NCBI RefSeq assembly: GCF_009914755.1
Contig: NC_060933.1
Source: the human T2T-CHM13v2.0 reference genome, Homo sapiens
Reading direction: 5' to 3' (one strand)
DNA length: 64,000 nt
Shown: positions 14,861 to 27,540 of the stretch, one piece after another
How the letters are laid out: the number at the start of each line of letters is the position of its first letter
Position numbering within the stretch: position 1 is the stretch's first letter
Notes under the pieces: generated by a model
Told to the model about the DNA's origin: nothing
The model's database searches: none
Seen by the model: only the letters and a program-made list of their open reading frames with translations
Program-made: the position numbers and the translations under genes

Positions 14861-15835
14861 TCATCCATAAAATGATCCCTAACTGAACATAGGTTGTGTT
14901 ATTATGGTAAGATGTTTAGAAAAACACAACCTAAGTTCAGTTAGCTACTTTCTATCCCTCATCACCAAATACCATTAATCAAAATCAGGTTTCCAGCAGA
15001 TTGTTGATAAATCATATTTTCCATCTGTGTTAACCTAAGACCCACCCATTGCCATTATCATTCCTGAATTGATAAACACTATCAGCACTTAAATTTTTTT
15101 TCAGGGGGGTGCATATTAGGAAGGGAGTCATAAAATATTGTATAATTCATCAGTGATTTATTTGTGCCTAGCTATGATGATTTTGGAGTACATAAAGTCT
15201 GGGAAAATGGAGGAAGATTTTCCTAGGGGAGGGTGAATGGGAAAAGTCCAGAAATAACTGGTAAAAAGATGTTCAGAGAGTGGATGGCATATACATAGAG
15301 GTCTGAAGGACTGAAGATAAACAAAAGAATGAGAGTTTTTTTGTGAGTGTTTTTTTGGTTTTTTTTGTTTGTTTGTTTTTTTAACCAAGTAGTAGAGTTG
15401 TATCCAAGTTAAAAGCTAACTTCTGCAAGAATCTTCATAAGGAAATATGTCTTCTCAATTCCCCACGATGGGGCATTCCCTTTCGAATGCCTTTCAATGA
15501 GAAAGCAGTGCTTTTAGATAGACGTACATAGTGACTTTGTCCCATATGAGATGTTCAATGGTTGTAAACATTTGGGAGCAAAGTGGAGATTTAAATTTAG
15601 GCATCAAATACCTGCCTTTGCAGGAGCCTCTTATAGAGATGCATGTAATAACGCTACCACAGTGAAGAGAGGAGCACTGTAATGTAACCAGGACATCTGG
15701 AGCCTTCCAACTAAAAATCAGAGTGAATTTATACGCTGACAAGCCACCAACACACAGGCCTCGGCCAAGGTATTCACAGTGATAGGAGATTATGGGCTGA
15801 CTGCTCTTTTCTTAAGCTATAAGCATGCAGAATGC

Positions 15836-15970
15836 TCCTGTCTTCTCTCTTTGTCTCTTCAATGTTTCTCTCTTTTCCTTTCTCCTTTCTCTCCTCTTCC
15901 TGTGACTCAATCTGTGTCTCCTTTTCCTTCCCTTCTCTCTTCTCTTCCCTTATTTTTTCTTTCTTTCTTT
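15836..15970. repeat. CT-rich low-complexity tract (second one at 16200-16275)
   Basis: Near-pure pyrimidine runs on both sides of a MIR. Confidence 0.8.
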
Positions 15971-15974
15971 AGTG

Positions 15975-16190
15975 TTTGAGCTTTGGAAGCAGACCACCTG
16001 GGTTTGAGTCCCAGCTCAGCCACTTAACAGCTGTGTGGCCTTTGGTCAGTTTCTTAACCTCTTTGTTTCCTTGCTAGGATGGCAACCATCATGTCTACCT
16101 CACTGGTAGTGTAAGGATGATGTGAGAAGATCCTTATAAAGTTTTTATCAGAGTACTGCACACTTAGTAAGGGCTCTGTCATGTAATCAA
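15975..16190 (+). mobile_element. MIR
   Basis: CCTGGGTTTGAGTCCCAGCTCAGCCACTTAACAGCTGTGTGGCCTTTGG...CTTAACCTCT. Confidence 0.8.
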
Positions 16191-16611
16191 TTCTAATTAT
16201 TTTCTCTCTCTTTTTCTTCTTTTTCTTTTTCCTTTCCTCTTTTTCTGTCCTTCTTCCATTCTCCCCTCTTCTTGCTCACCACCAAAAGTAACTAAGGAGA
16301 GATGAAGAGTTGAATTCCGGAAGGAATCTCAAGTCTTCATCTGTTTCACATGCGACCTTACATCTTCTGGCCAGGGATCTTTCCCACACATCACATAAAA
16401 TCCCTCTGCTTGCAACCAAAGTCCTTTCCATTTCATCCTGCCCCTTGCAGGAAAGGTGAAATTCAGGAAACACAGTTCCTGCTATTTGTTCAAAGAAAAA
16501 CTTGACATTGTTGTATAGTCCACATCAGGAAATGATTTTATACCTATGTTCAAAATTGTATATTTTAAATCTCAGATGAAAATACTATATCATAGATAAG
16601 GAAATCTATGG

Positions 16612-16951
16612 TGCTATAGACTGAACATTTGTGTCCTCTTAAAATTCATAAGTTGAGATGTGATGGTATTTGGATGTGCATCCTCTGGGAGAGATGCTAA
16701 GGTCAAGAGAGTGTTCTCATGAATGGGATTAGTGCCCCTATAAGAAGAGACACGAGAGACATGATCCCACCACATGAGGATACAATGAGAAGATGCTATC
16801 CATAAATTAGGAAGACGGCCCTCACCATATACCTAGTATGCCAGCACCCTTATCTAAGAGTTCCACCCTACAGAACTGAGAAAGAAACTTCTGTTGTTTA
16901 AGCCACTGAGCCTATGGTATTCTCTTATACCAGCCTGAACTGACTAAGACA
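16612..16951 (+). mobile_element. MLT1A/MLT1A0 solo LTR
   Basis: TGCTATAGACTGAACATTTGTGTCC ... GAATGGGATTAGTGCCC ... GAACTGACTAAGACA. Confidence 0.85.
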
Positions 16952-17823
16952 AGAGGTAACCACAGTTACAGGGTTTCAAGACTTCTCATTGCATAATTTC
17001 ACTTCTTCCTTAAGAAAGAAATCCTTGAGGAAAATGGCCAACAAAGGAATCCCAGATTCTTTAACACATGATCCCCCCAGGAGGCTTCAGAGAGCCGGGT
17101 GCTTCTGCTAAGCAGTTTGGGTACCATAGGCGGGCTTGTGATACCCTTGTCAAGTTCTTCTTAGAGGCCTTGTACACTAAAATCCTAAGAATGAGGTCTT
17201 TATCTTTATTCTTTAGACACTTTCGTTGGTGTTGTGGGAGGCCACTTAATACCAACCTTCACTCAGGTTCTGAAAAGTCAGCAGTAGGCATTTAAAAACT
17301 GAAACCCAAACATGTCCAGCAGTCTCCATGCTTATATTTTTTCCTATCAGCTGTTAGTTATCAGTGAAAACGAGGAAGATCAATAAAAACAAGAAAAGAT
17401 ACCTGCAGCAAACTCAAAGCTGTTTTTTTTTTTTTTTTTTTTTTTTTTTAGGAATACAATCAGTAGGTGTCGTTTTGTGCCCTCTGAGCAGAACCAGCGT
17501 GGAAGGCCCTGATGGAGGAAGAAAACCATTAAGAGACTAAGCATAATTAACCATTAGAATTCATTAGTGAAAACTATCAGAGTACTTTGTTAATTCTGCA
17601 GATTTAAAATTGGGCTTAATTTCTAGAAATAGACATGCAGAGGAAGTTTCTACTGGTAAAGTTGTTACGGACATTTGCAAACCTCTTTTCATCTGCAAAA
17701 TGATCTTCAGGTTCTCGTATGTTCTCTGAGAACCTTGCCCTCTCCACAACTGTGAGAGACCCCTGGTCCCCAGGACCAATCAGAAAGAACTTGGAAAGTG
17801 AGAGATTTCTAATATTTGTGGGT

Positions 17824-17968
17824 TTATTTGTTCATTTGCTCATTTATTCATTCGCTTAACAAATGTTGATTGAGTACCTACTATGTGCTAGAGACCACTG
17901 TAGGGGCTGGGAACAGACATGGAAACAATGGGCAGAACACTCTGCTCCCAGGAACTCACACTCTAGAG
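17824..17968 (-). mobile_element. L2 3' end
   Basis: TTCATT-like tail followed by TTGAGTACCTACTATGTGCTAG. Confidence 0.75.
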
Positions 17969-18178
17969 CAGGGGTCAGCAAACCTTTTCTGCAAACAGCC
18001 AGATAATAAATGCTTTAGGCTCTGTAGGCCACATGGCCTCTGTTGCAATTTACTTGATTTTGCTGTGAGAGCACAGAAGCAATCAGAGACAAAATGCAAG
18101 TTAGCAGGAGTAGCTGTGCTCCAATATAACTTTATTTACAAAAATAGGTGGTGGGCCAGAGATTCATGATCAAGTTTA
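17969..18178. mobile_element. MER58A (hAT-Charlie)
   Basis: CAGGGGTCAGCAAACCTTTTCTG ... CCAATATAACTTTATTTACAAAAATAGGTGGTGGGCCAG; left target CTCTAGAG. Confidence 0.85.
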
Positions 18179-18181
18179 CCT

Positions 18182-18543
18182 TGTATTAGTCTAATTTCAT
18201 GCTGTTGATAAAGACATACCCGAGACTGGGTAATCTACAAAAACAAAGTGGTTTAATGGACTCACAGTTCCACATGGCTGGGGAGGCCTCACAATCACGG
18301 CAGAAGGAGAAAGGCACATCTTACGTGGTGGCAGGCAAGAGAGGATGAGAGTCAAGTGGAAGGGAAAACCCCTTATCAAACCATCAGCTCTCATGAGACT
18401 TATTCACTACCTCGAGAACAGTATGGGGGAAACTGCTCCCATGATTCAATTATCTCCCATTGAGTATCTCCCACAACATGTGGGAATTATGGGAAATACA
18501 ATTCAAGATAAAATTTGGGTGGGGACACAGCCAAACGATATCA
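18182..18543 (-). mobile_element. THE1 (THE1C-like) solo LTR
   Basis: TGTATTAGTC...GATAAAGACATACCCGAGACTGGG ... GGGTGGGGACACAGCCAAACGATATCA. Confidence 0.9.
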
Positions 18544-19215
18544 CCTTCCATTTAAGTCTTCCCCATTTTCTTGTTTTAGTAGCCTGCTGCATACCATACT
18601 CATTTTATCAGCCTCCTTCACCCTGTTTTCAGGGGAGCAGTTCTGCCCATTGGCCAGGCCCACGCCCTGCCATCAGATTTCAGTGACACTCCACCATTAG
18701 CAGTTTAGATAACTAAACACCTATTAGCTGAGAACCCCAGATGAATTCCGTCATGTGTGATTAGCTTCTGGATTCTCTGTCATCAGCCTCTGCTCACCTT
18801 CTGGAACATTGTGTGAGTGAGTCTCTGTAGACTCCCCCATGCTAGAGGAAGGATTAGACTATGCCCTTCCATCTGTTGCCTTTTGTCTGCTAGTCTGGAC
18901 TTTCTCCTAAGACTTCAAAATGTTAAGGGACCACTAAGGCCTGCTCTACCCAGTAAGCAATTCTAGTTTCTGAATCTAGTTTAGAACCCATCTGTCTAAT
19001 CTATTGCACTGCAATGAAACAGTAAAAATTCAGCCACATATCATAAAGATTATCAATTATTTTAATACATTTGGCTTTAATATTGCTTGTTAAGGTGTTT
19101 TGTAATATGTAAAGGGGAACAAAGGAGAGAAGTGTGTGCATGTGGATGTCCATGTGTGGTTGTAGTTGGAATATGATGAGAGAAAGCAGTTGTGGACTTG
19201 TTTAAATGGAATGCA

Positions 19216-19652
19216 CAGTTGACCCTTGAACAACGTGGGGGATAGAGGGACACCAGCTCCCCTACCCAGTCAAATCCACAAGTAACTTTTGACTTCACAA
19301 AAACTTAACTATTAATAGCCTGCTGTTGGCCAAAAACCTTACCAATAATACAAACAGTTGGTTAATACATATTTTTTATGTTATATGTATTATATATTAT
19401 ATTCTTTATAATAAAATAAGCTAGAGAAAAGGTTATTTAAAAGTCATAAAAAGAGAAAATATACGTACTACTCATCAAGTGTAAGTGCAACATTATAAAG
19501 GTCTTCATCCTCATTATCTTCATGTTAATAGGCTGAGGAAGAGGAGGAATAAGAGAAGTTGATCTTACTGTCTCAAAGGTGGCAGAGGTAAAGAAAATCC
19601 ACATATAAATGGACCCACACACTTTAAACCCATGTTGTTCAAGGATGAACTG
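19216..19652. mobile_element. Tigger2a (TcMar-Tigger)
   Basis: TIRs CAGTTGACCCTTGAACAAC / GTTGTTCAAGGATGAACTG, ~437 bp, TA on right flank. Confidence 0.88.
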
Positions 19653-21327
19653 TAAATGCAACAAGGTAGAGAACATTCTGTGACCTTGACAGCTGGAACC
19701 AGATTTCCACCCAGGTACAAAATTGTCTTTGTTGGAAAAATGCTGTGTAGGGTTACAAGTGACTCACTCTCTCCCCTTCCTGCTGGGTGAAGTTTCAGGT
19801 GGGGGGTGCTACTTGTCTTAACAGAGGAAGAAAAATTGCAAAGTCTTAGACCAATCCAGTGGAGAGGGGGTAAGGAGCAGAGACATAGGGTTTAGAACAA
19901 AAAGAAAAATGGCACCAATGTGGTGGCAGAAAGGCTAACCCAGAAAACTATTCAGTAAATGCCACTAACCCCAAAAATATTTGGAGTAAGAAGTATTTGT
20001 TGATTCTTGGTTAGTGACAATGAAGAAGGATCTGTGTTTCCACATGTGAGGCATCCCACAGACAATGATGAACAAGCTGGAGTTGAAGAGGCCAAAGAAG
20101 CAGGAGAACTTAAGACTTCCAGGAATTCTCAGAAATATTTGGACGAGCTTTGGACTGTCTCATCTCCTCAAATCTCAAGGACTGACATGCGGTTCAGAAT
20201 TGACATGCCTGAATTATGTAAGAAAACCCCAAAACAAAATTGCACCTACCTTAAAAGCAAGATATTCTAATTAAATCAGTACTAGAATTAATGTGAAAAA
20301 AGCAAAATTCATCAGTGGAATTTCCAACATCCTCTCCCTAAACATTTGACTCTCTGATGCAATATTCCCTCTAGACACCAACCAGTGTTCTGTGTGGTCA
20401 CAATTGTCCCATCTTTTAATCATAGTAAAACTTACTTCAGGAATAGCCTATGAATTTGTCTATATAAAAGTCTGAGAGCTGACAATGTTAAGACCACTTC
20501 AAAGGAATATGGACCAGAGCCTCAGAATTAAAGCCTAAAATGCATGCAGTGGGATTTCATGGACAATTGGCATGCAGGAAACATTCTGGGCAGAGGCACA
20601 TCCAAGTGTTCTTAAAATCACATCAAGGCAGAAAACTTTAAGTTGGAGCGCTACCTCACACCATATAGCAAAATATATTTTAAATGAATCAAAGAATGAT
20701 ATCCTTAACTATGAAAAAAATTATGAGCCTTTTACATTGCAAAAAATAAAAATAGCAAAGCCAAAGAAATATGGCACAGTGGGAAACAAGTTATTTGCAA
20801 CCCACATTAACAGTCATAGGGCCTAATTTCCTTAATATATCATGATTTAACAACGTCTCCATTCATGTAACAAATACTGATTGTTTGCCCACTATGTATC
20901 AGCAAAATTCCAGGCATTGATTTGTGGATACAGTGAGTAAACAAAATAGATAAAGTCCCTCTTCTCATGCAGCCTATATTCTGGAAGGTGTGCACACAAG
21001 TTGTGAGAGATTTTAAAAAAAGAAACCCAAACACATCAATGAACAAAAGCATAAACCGGCAGATCTCTTAAAAACAAATATAAAAAATGACAACTCTTAG
21101 TTATTCAGCACTTTCTGTTCTAAGGGATTTATGTTGCATCAAATCACTTAATCTTTACAACTCTATATGATGAATACTGTTATCTTCATCTTCATTTTAA
21201 AGACATGAAGAAATAAGTATTAATAACTTGCACTAAATAACAGAACTAGTAAGTAATATATCTAGGGTTTGAACCTAGGTAGCCTGCCTCCAGAACTCAC
21301 ACTTCTTAATCATTAGGTTTAACTAGC

Positions 21328-21641
21328 TATTTATTTATTTATGTAACTTTAAAAAGTTTTTTATCTTTTCAGAGACAGGGTCTCACTCTGTTGCCTGCAA
21401 GGCTGGAGTACAGTGGTGCAATCACAGTTCTCTACAGCCTCAAACTCCTGGGCTTCAAGCATCCTCCTGCCTCTGCCTCCTGTGTAGCTAGGACTAAAGA
21501 TGCATGACACCATGCCTGGCTAATTTTTTAATTTTTATTTTGTAAGATGGGGGCTCTCACTATGTTGCCCAGGCTGGTCTTAAGCTCCTGGCCTCAAGAG
21601 GTCCTCAAGCCTTGGCCTCCCAAAGTGCTGGGATTACAAGC
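21328..21641 (-). mobile_element. AluJ-like
   Basis: GAGACAGGGTCTCACTCTG..., CAGCCTCAAACTCCTGGGC, CACTATGTTGCCCAGG (J-type); diverged. Confidence 0.88.
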
Positions 21642-21680
21642 TAATTTAGGATTGCAGCCTAAATTAGATAGTAATAATTG

Positions 21681-21764
21681 AAAATATACACTTGATTTCA
21701 TTCACAATTTTAACTGCAAGTTAAAATATACAGTTGATTTCATTCATAATTTTAATTGCAAGTT
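21681..21764. repeat. 42-bp tandem duplication (39/42 identical)
   Basis: AAAATATACA(C/G)TTGATTTCATTCA(C/T)AATTTTAA(C/T)TGCAAGTT x2. Confidence 0.92.
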
Positions 21765-22702
21765 AAAACAACTAGGTGAAATGGTATGACATTTTCACCT
21801 AGCAAACTGGTAATAACAATAAGCCTTAGTGCTAAGAAATACACAGGGGAAAGGATCTCTTACTGACTGTTGGTGAGAGTGTGAATTGGTGCAACTTTCT
21901 TGGAGGGCTGCTTGTCAGTGTGTATCCAATCTAAAATCTATGCACCACTTAGCCATTCTACATCTAGGAATTTATTTTCTAGTTATATTCACTAATTTGC
22001 GCAAAGCTGTATGTATAAGGATTTGAAATTTGGTACTTTTGTAATAGACAAACCCTGAAGATGATTTAACTTTTATTAATAAGAAAATAGTTAATTCAAA
22101 CGTGCTTCATTCAGTCAAAGGAATACTATGCTGCTATGAAAAAGAAGCCAGATTTGTACTTTCTGACATGAAAAGATCTTTTCATTATATTACTAAGTTT
22201 TAAAAAATCAAGAAAGCAAGAGCCAGGACAGTGGTATAACTTGCTCCTATTTGTATAAAGTAAAAGGAGACCCACATGGACACACTCACAAAGAATACAC
22301 AAGAAACTTCTAATGTTAGTTCTTTTGAATTGGGAGCCCAGGGTGGAAGGATGACTCTTTTCATTGTTTAACTTCTCCTTTTTTAAAAAAAATGCACATA
22401 TTTGTCTTTCAGTTGAAAAATATTGTTTAATTGAAAAAATACCCTGTAAGCCTGTATTTACAAGCCAATCTTGAACACTAGAATAACCCTGAAATTCCCA
22501 TGAGGGCAATACTGGGCAGTAGATTCCCAGGGCATGAGGCTGCCCCTCCCCTGCACCTTTAGAGATCAGGGTCTATCCTTGCCCAGCCTTGAGGGAATCA
22601 GTACCCGAAACCATCAAGGCAATTCCATAAATGGGAATTTGCCCAGTGCAAAAACCAACATAATACTCTTCAGAGTCATCCAGACAGGCTGGTTCCCTAC
22701 AT

Positions 22703-22927
22703 GATAGTCTGCAAACTTTTTCTGTGAAACGAGAGAAAGTAAATAGTTTAGGCTTGGGCGGAGGGTTGGGGGGCACAAAGATGTGGTTCTTGCCACGTGT
22801 CTTTTTGGTTGTTATTTTCAAACTCCATTTAAATATATAAAACCCATTCTTAGTTCTCTGGTCAAATAAAAACAGGCTGCAGGCCAGCTTTGGCCTTCAA
22901 ACGGTTCTGTAGTTTTGCTGACCTCTG
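22703..22927. mobile_element. MER58C/D-like (hAT-Charlie)
   Basis: GTCTGCAAACTTTTTCTGT ... AAAACCCATTCTTAG ... GTAGTTTTGCTGACCTCTG; 8-bp TSD CCCTACAT/CTCTACAT. Confidence 0.75.
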
Positions 22928-23132
22928 CTCTACATGAATCACAGTGGGCAGCGGACAGAGATTCCATGGCAAGGTAGAGGGTTTGCCCCTTCTCTCCCCA
23001 GACAGTGCCACCACACAGCTGGTGTCGGCAGATGGATATTTTTCCTGTGCCCTAATAGGCTGGTGCCCAAGGGCATATGCCTCTCTCTGCTCCACCCACC
23101 TGTTACCTCCCTGGTACGGGAAATGAAATCTT

Positions 23133-23353
23133 TTCTTTTTTTTTAACTTTTAAGTTCAGGGGTACATGTGCAAGTTTGTTACATAGGTAAATTTGTGTCA
23201 TTGGGGTTTGTTGTACGTATTATTTTATCACCCAGGTATTAAGCCTAGTACCCATTAGTTATTTTTCCTGATCCTCTCCCTCCTCCCACCCTCCACGCTC
23301 CGATAGGCCCCAGTGGGTGTTGTTCCCCTCTATGTGTCCATGTGTTCTCATCA
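23133..23353 (-). mobile_element. 5'-truncated L1PA 3' end (about L1PA13 age)
   Basis: TTTTAAGTTCAGGGGTACATGTGCAAG...; 15-bp TSD GGGAAATG(A/G)AATCTT (23118-23132, 23354-23368). Confidence 0.9.
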
Positions 23354-23413
23354 GGGAAATGGAATCTTAACTCAGTGTCTGACTTCTCACTCTTCTCTTA
23401 AAAGTGCCTCCCC

Positions 23414-23857
<444 letters not shown>

Positions 23858-25759
23858 TAATCTCACCTCTTTGTCACTCATGTAAGGCAGAGAGAAGTAG
23901 TTGACCTTAGGGGTAAACGCAGGAGCTCTCTTCCCTTCTTTATCTCCTCCCCAGAAGTAAGTGCCTGCTTGTAAGATCAACAAAAACCTCTCAGTACTGG
24001 CCCAGGTCTGAGCAGCCCTACCGTAAGTGCCTCTAGCCTATAGACAGCTTGTTTGTGTGTGAGTTCTAAAATTTCTGTCACTGGAGCAGCATTGACTAAT
24101 TTTCCTGTGTGCTTTGAATAGTGCCTAGGAGAGCAATGTGAGCACATGGACATTTTATGAAAGAACTATCTGATAATGATAAACAGGCATCTGGAAAGAA
24201 CATCATTTTACCAAAAAAAAAAAAAAAAAAAATTCTGGCAGCAGCATGAGATTATGGAGAAAGGATTTTAGTGTTAGCCTTTGGCACAAAAAGATGGGAG
24301 ATTCCCAAGTCTGATAGATGAGCATGCTATCTTTATGGGGAGCGATGACAGAAAATTGTGGTGGTTTAATTTCTTTCACCTGGGCTGCATGTGGGCTGTT
24401 TCAGAGAAAAGCAGACTCCCAGGTACTCTGAGTTCAGGGTAGGTCCAGGGAGGAAAATAAGATGTGGTCAGTGGCAGCAGCTGTTTGTACTTCCTCCCTG
24501 GAACTGGAGCATGGTGCTAACCCCAGCTGTGGAAAGAGCCATGAGACTGAGAAACTGTGTGGTTTCAGTGTGTGTAGCCATGAAACCCCAAAGACTTTGG
24601 TTCTAGCTTAGGTTGATTACAGATTTGGACAACTTACATGTTGATTTCCTCATGTGTAAAATCAGGAGGTTGGGCAATGGTGATATCTGATGGCCCTTTC
24701 AGCTCTAATATTCTGTATGTCTATAACACTAGATTGAAAATTTTAAATTCTGAGCCAGAACTCCAAGCCCAGGTGTTTTCTCATATGAGGGTTTTTCTCT
24801 TTGTGGAAGATATAAGAAGTTATATCTTCTTCAACTGTCAATTTACCATCTTCAGATCCCTTTCTCCATCAATGAACCTAGAAAGAAAAGGAATGTGTCA
24901 AAGTCATTGCATACAATTTTTTTTTCATTATTTAACAGAAATTTGAATGCCAGTTGTGTGCTAAGCACAATGCTAGATCCAGGGGACTCAGCAATTGAAA
25001 CGTTAGCCATGGTCTTAAACCTCATGGAGCTCACAGTCTTGAGTCAAATCAAGCATGGTATGCAAGGGAAGCAGAAGATGCCATACAGAAGACAGGAAGG
25101 GCACCTCTCCCAGTCTCAAAATATCAAGGAAAGCATTTGGGAGGCAGAATGTTGCAGACAAGGGGGACCAGCATCTGCAAAGACTGAAAGGCAATAGAGA
25201 AAATGACACACTCTAGAAACGAAAGACATCCTGGAAGAACAGGGCTAAGAATGTGAAGGGAATATGGTCACGGATGAGACAGGAGAGGCAAGCCAGGTCA
25301 CCGGGGGACGAGTGATAGCCTAAGGGCCATTGAAGGATTTTTAAGGACGGGAGCGACAGGACCACATTTGAATTTTTGAAAGTGCATTCTGGCTACAGTG
25401 CAGAGAAACAGCTGTGAGGGAGGAAGAATGGAAGTAAGGAGCTCGGTTAGGAGGTTGCCTCCATTATCCTGATGAGAGAGAGATAATGATGGTCTCACCA
25501 GGATGGTGGCAGGAGGGATTGAGAGAACAGTGGGGAGATGTGTGCTTGACATTTAGAGTCCATGAGAGGTGGTCACCAATTGCCTGTGGGCAGTGACAGG
25601 AAGATTGAGGGCTAGGCCCAGGTTTCTGGCTTGAGGAGGGTAGTAGAGCTGTTTGTAGAAGTAGAGGAGCAGGCATGGAGCTAGGGGAAAGAGATGGTCA
25701 ACTTGTTTACAGACATGTTGAGTTTGACAGCCTTGGGGGACAACATCCTGGTGAGGAGG

Positions 25760-26121
25760 TGATATGGTTTTGGTGTGTCCCCACCCAAATCTCATCTTGA
25801 ATTGTAGCTCCCATAATTCCCACATGTCATGGGAGGGACCTGGTGGGAGATAATTGAGTCATGAGGGCTGTTTCCCCCATACTGTTCTCATGGTAGTGAA
25901 TAAGTCTCACGAGATCTGCTGGTTCTATAAGGGGCAACCCCTTTCACTTGGTTCTCATTCTCTCTTGCTTGCTGCTGTGTAAGATGTGCCTTTTTCCTTC
26001 TGCCATGATTGTGAGGCCTCCCCAGCCACGTAGAACTGTGAGTTCATTAAACCTCTTTTTCTTTATAAATTACCCAGTCTCGGGTATGTCTCTATCAGCA
26101 GCATGAAAATGGACTAATACA
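25760..26121 (+). mobile_element. THE1C-like solo LTR nested in L2
   Basis: TGATATGGTTTTGGTGTGTCCCCACCCAAATCTCATCTTGAATTGTAGCTCCC ... GGACTAATACA. Confidence 0.92.
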
Positions 26122-26338
26122 GATGTCCATTAGTATTGGAAGCTCAGGAGAAATCTCTGGCCCAAAGACACAAATCTGAGACTCACGGGAATTGAAGTCA
26201 ATGCAGGGGTTGGTGATCCCTGGTACAGCGTGCACAGTGATGAAAGGTCCAGGTCTGCATCATGAAGCGAACTGGCATTTAAGGAGGGGCAGAGGAGGAG
26301 GATCTTCCAAAGGACACCAGAATGAGAATGAGTGGCAA

Positions 26339-26388
26339 ACCAGGAATGGGCGAGATTCGAGGAATCAGGAATGGGTGAGATTCGAGGA
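26339..26388. repeat. 25-bp tandem duplication (23/25)
   Basis: A(C/T)CAGGAATGGG(C/T)GAGATTCGAGGA x2. Confidence 0.9.
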
Positions 26389-27409
26389 ACCAGAAAAGGG
26401 TTCCCTGTGAGAGAAGAGCCAGCACCAAATGCTGCACAAACAACGGCAGAAATGACTGGACAATGAAAGCCTTTGACAACCTCGGTGAAAATTTCAAAGG
26501 GCATGACGAGGATGAAATTCAGGCTGTGGTGGGTGGAAGGTAGAAGTAAGGAGTGGAATTCAGTGCATTGACTGCTCTGTGAAGAAGTTGGGCTGTGAAG
26601 GGAAGAGAAAGATGGAAACAGGTGTGCAAGAGCATTTTTTTTTAAGATAGGAGTGACTTAAGGATGTTTACATGCATCTAAAGGGAAGGAGTCAATAGAC
26701 AGCAAGAGATTGTGATTGCAGAGAAAATGGGAGGCAGGAGGGTCAAAGAGAATTCTCAAGAAAAAGAAAGGGTAGTTGCAGTATTAGCTCATTCATACCT
26801 CTTTCCTTATAGGAAAGGACAGGTAGGAGTGTGAAGAGAAGAGAGCAGGGGAGTGCCAATCACTTGGGGGATTTCTTGTTTAATATCTACTAATTTCCCC
26901 ATAAATTCCTGGTTCCCTGCCCTTGCTCATGGTGCAACTTTCACTTTGAATGCTTCTTCACTCACTCTCTGAAAGTCCTACCCAGCTGCAAGGTCTAGGT
27001 GGTCTGCAGCCCACCCCAGCTTCTCCTCTGTTCTGCACAATTACAGACTGAACCCATTTTATGGACCTCCAGAGATTGCCTAAGCTTCAATGCCTTGTCT
27101 CTCACACCAGACTGGATGTTCCTTGAGGGCAAGAACCAGACCATGGAATTTTAAACCTTTCCCATGTGCCGGGATACAGCAAATACTCCACATACAATTT
27201 TTGATTCACTGTCTCAAAATTGAAAAAGTGTCAGTCTTGACTTTTAGCAAGAGCTCCCTCACTCTGACCTCTTAGAATAAGAAATGGGGAAGGCAAAGAA
27301 AATTTCGAACCAGGCAGCTCAAGGTAGGTATGGAGTAAGGTGGGTGTGGAGCAAGTTAGATATGGAGTCTCCATATTAAGGACTTTGGGGACCTAGAAGA
27401 TGGAGTTAA

Positions 27410-27540
27410 AAGTGATGGCTTGGACACTTATCAGCATTTTTTTTTGTGCTGGGCAAGTCAGTTAACACCTCTGAGTCCCAGTTTCCTCTTCTCTAAATTG
27501 AGGTTAAAGTTACTTACCTAACTAGTTATGGAAAATACCA
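27410..27540 (+). mobile_element. MIR
   Basis: GGGCAAGTCAGTTAACACCTCTGAGTCCCAGTTTCCTCTTCTCTAAA. Confidence 0.7.

Larger units (their letters stand above)
20640..22435 (+). mobile_element. Old L1ME-type 3' region, interrupted by L2-like (20860-20990), MIR (21100-21320) and Alu inserts
   Basis: CTACCTCACACCATATAGCAAAA, GTTGGTGAGAGTGTGAATTGGTGCAAC, CTAGGAATTTAT, GGAATACTATGCTGCTATGAAAAAGAA motifs in L1 order. Confidence 0.7.
24915..26760 (-). mobile_element. Long L2 fragment interrupted by THE1
   Basis: L2 3' end (TGTGTGCTAAGCACAATGCTAG...CTCATGGAGCTCACAGTCT) then purine-rich antisense L2 body (TTCTGGCTACAGTG, CAGGTTTCTGGCTTG, GACATGTTGAGTTTGA), resuming after 26121. Confidence 0.75.

Noticed and set aside
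26017-26030. PRDM9 13-mer hotspot motif (CCTCCCTAGCCAC) in THE1
   Set aside because: Sequence is CCTCCCCAGCCAC, lacking the key T. None of the five THE1 LTRs has the hot version.
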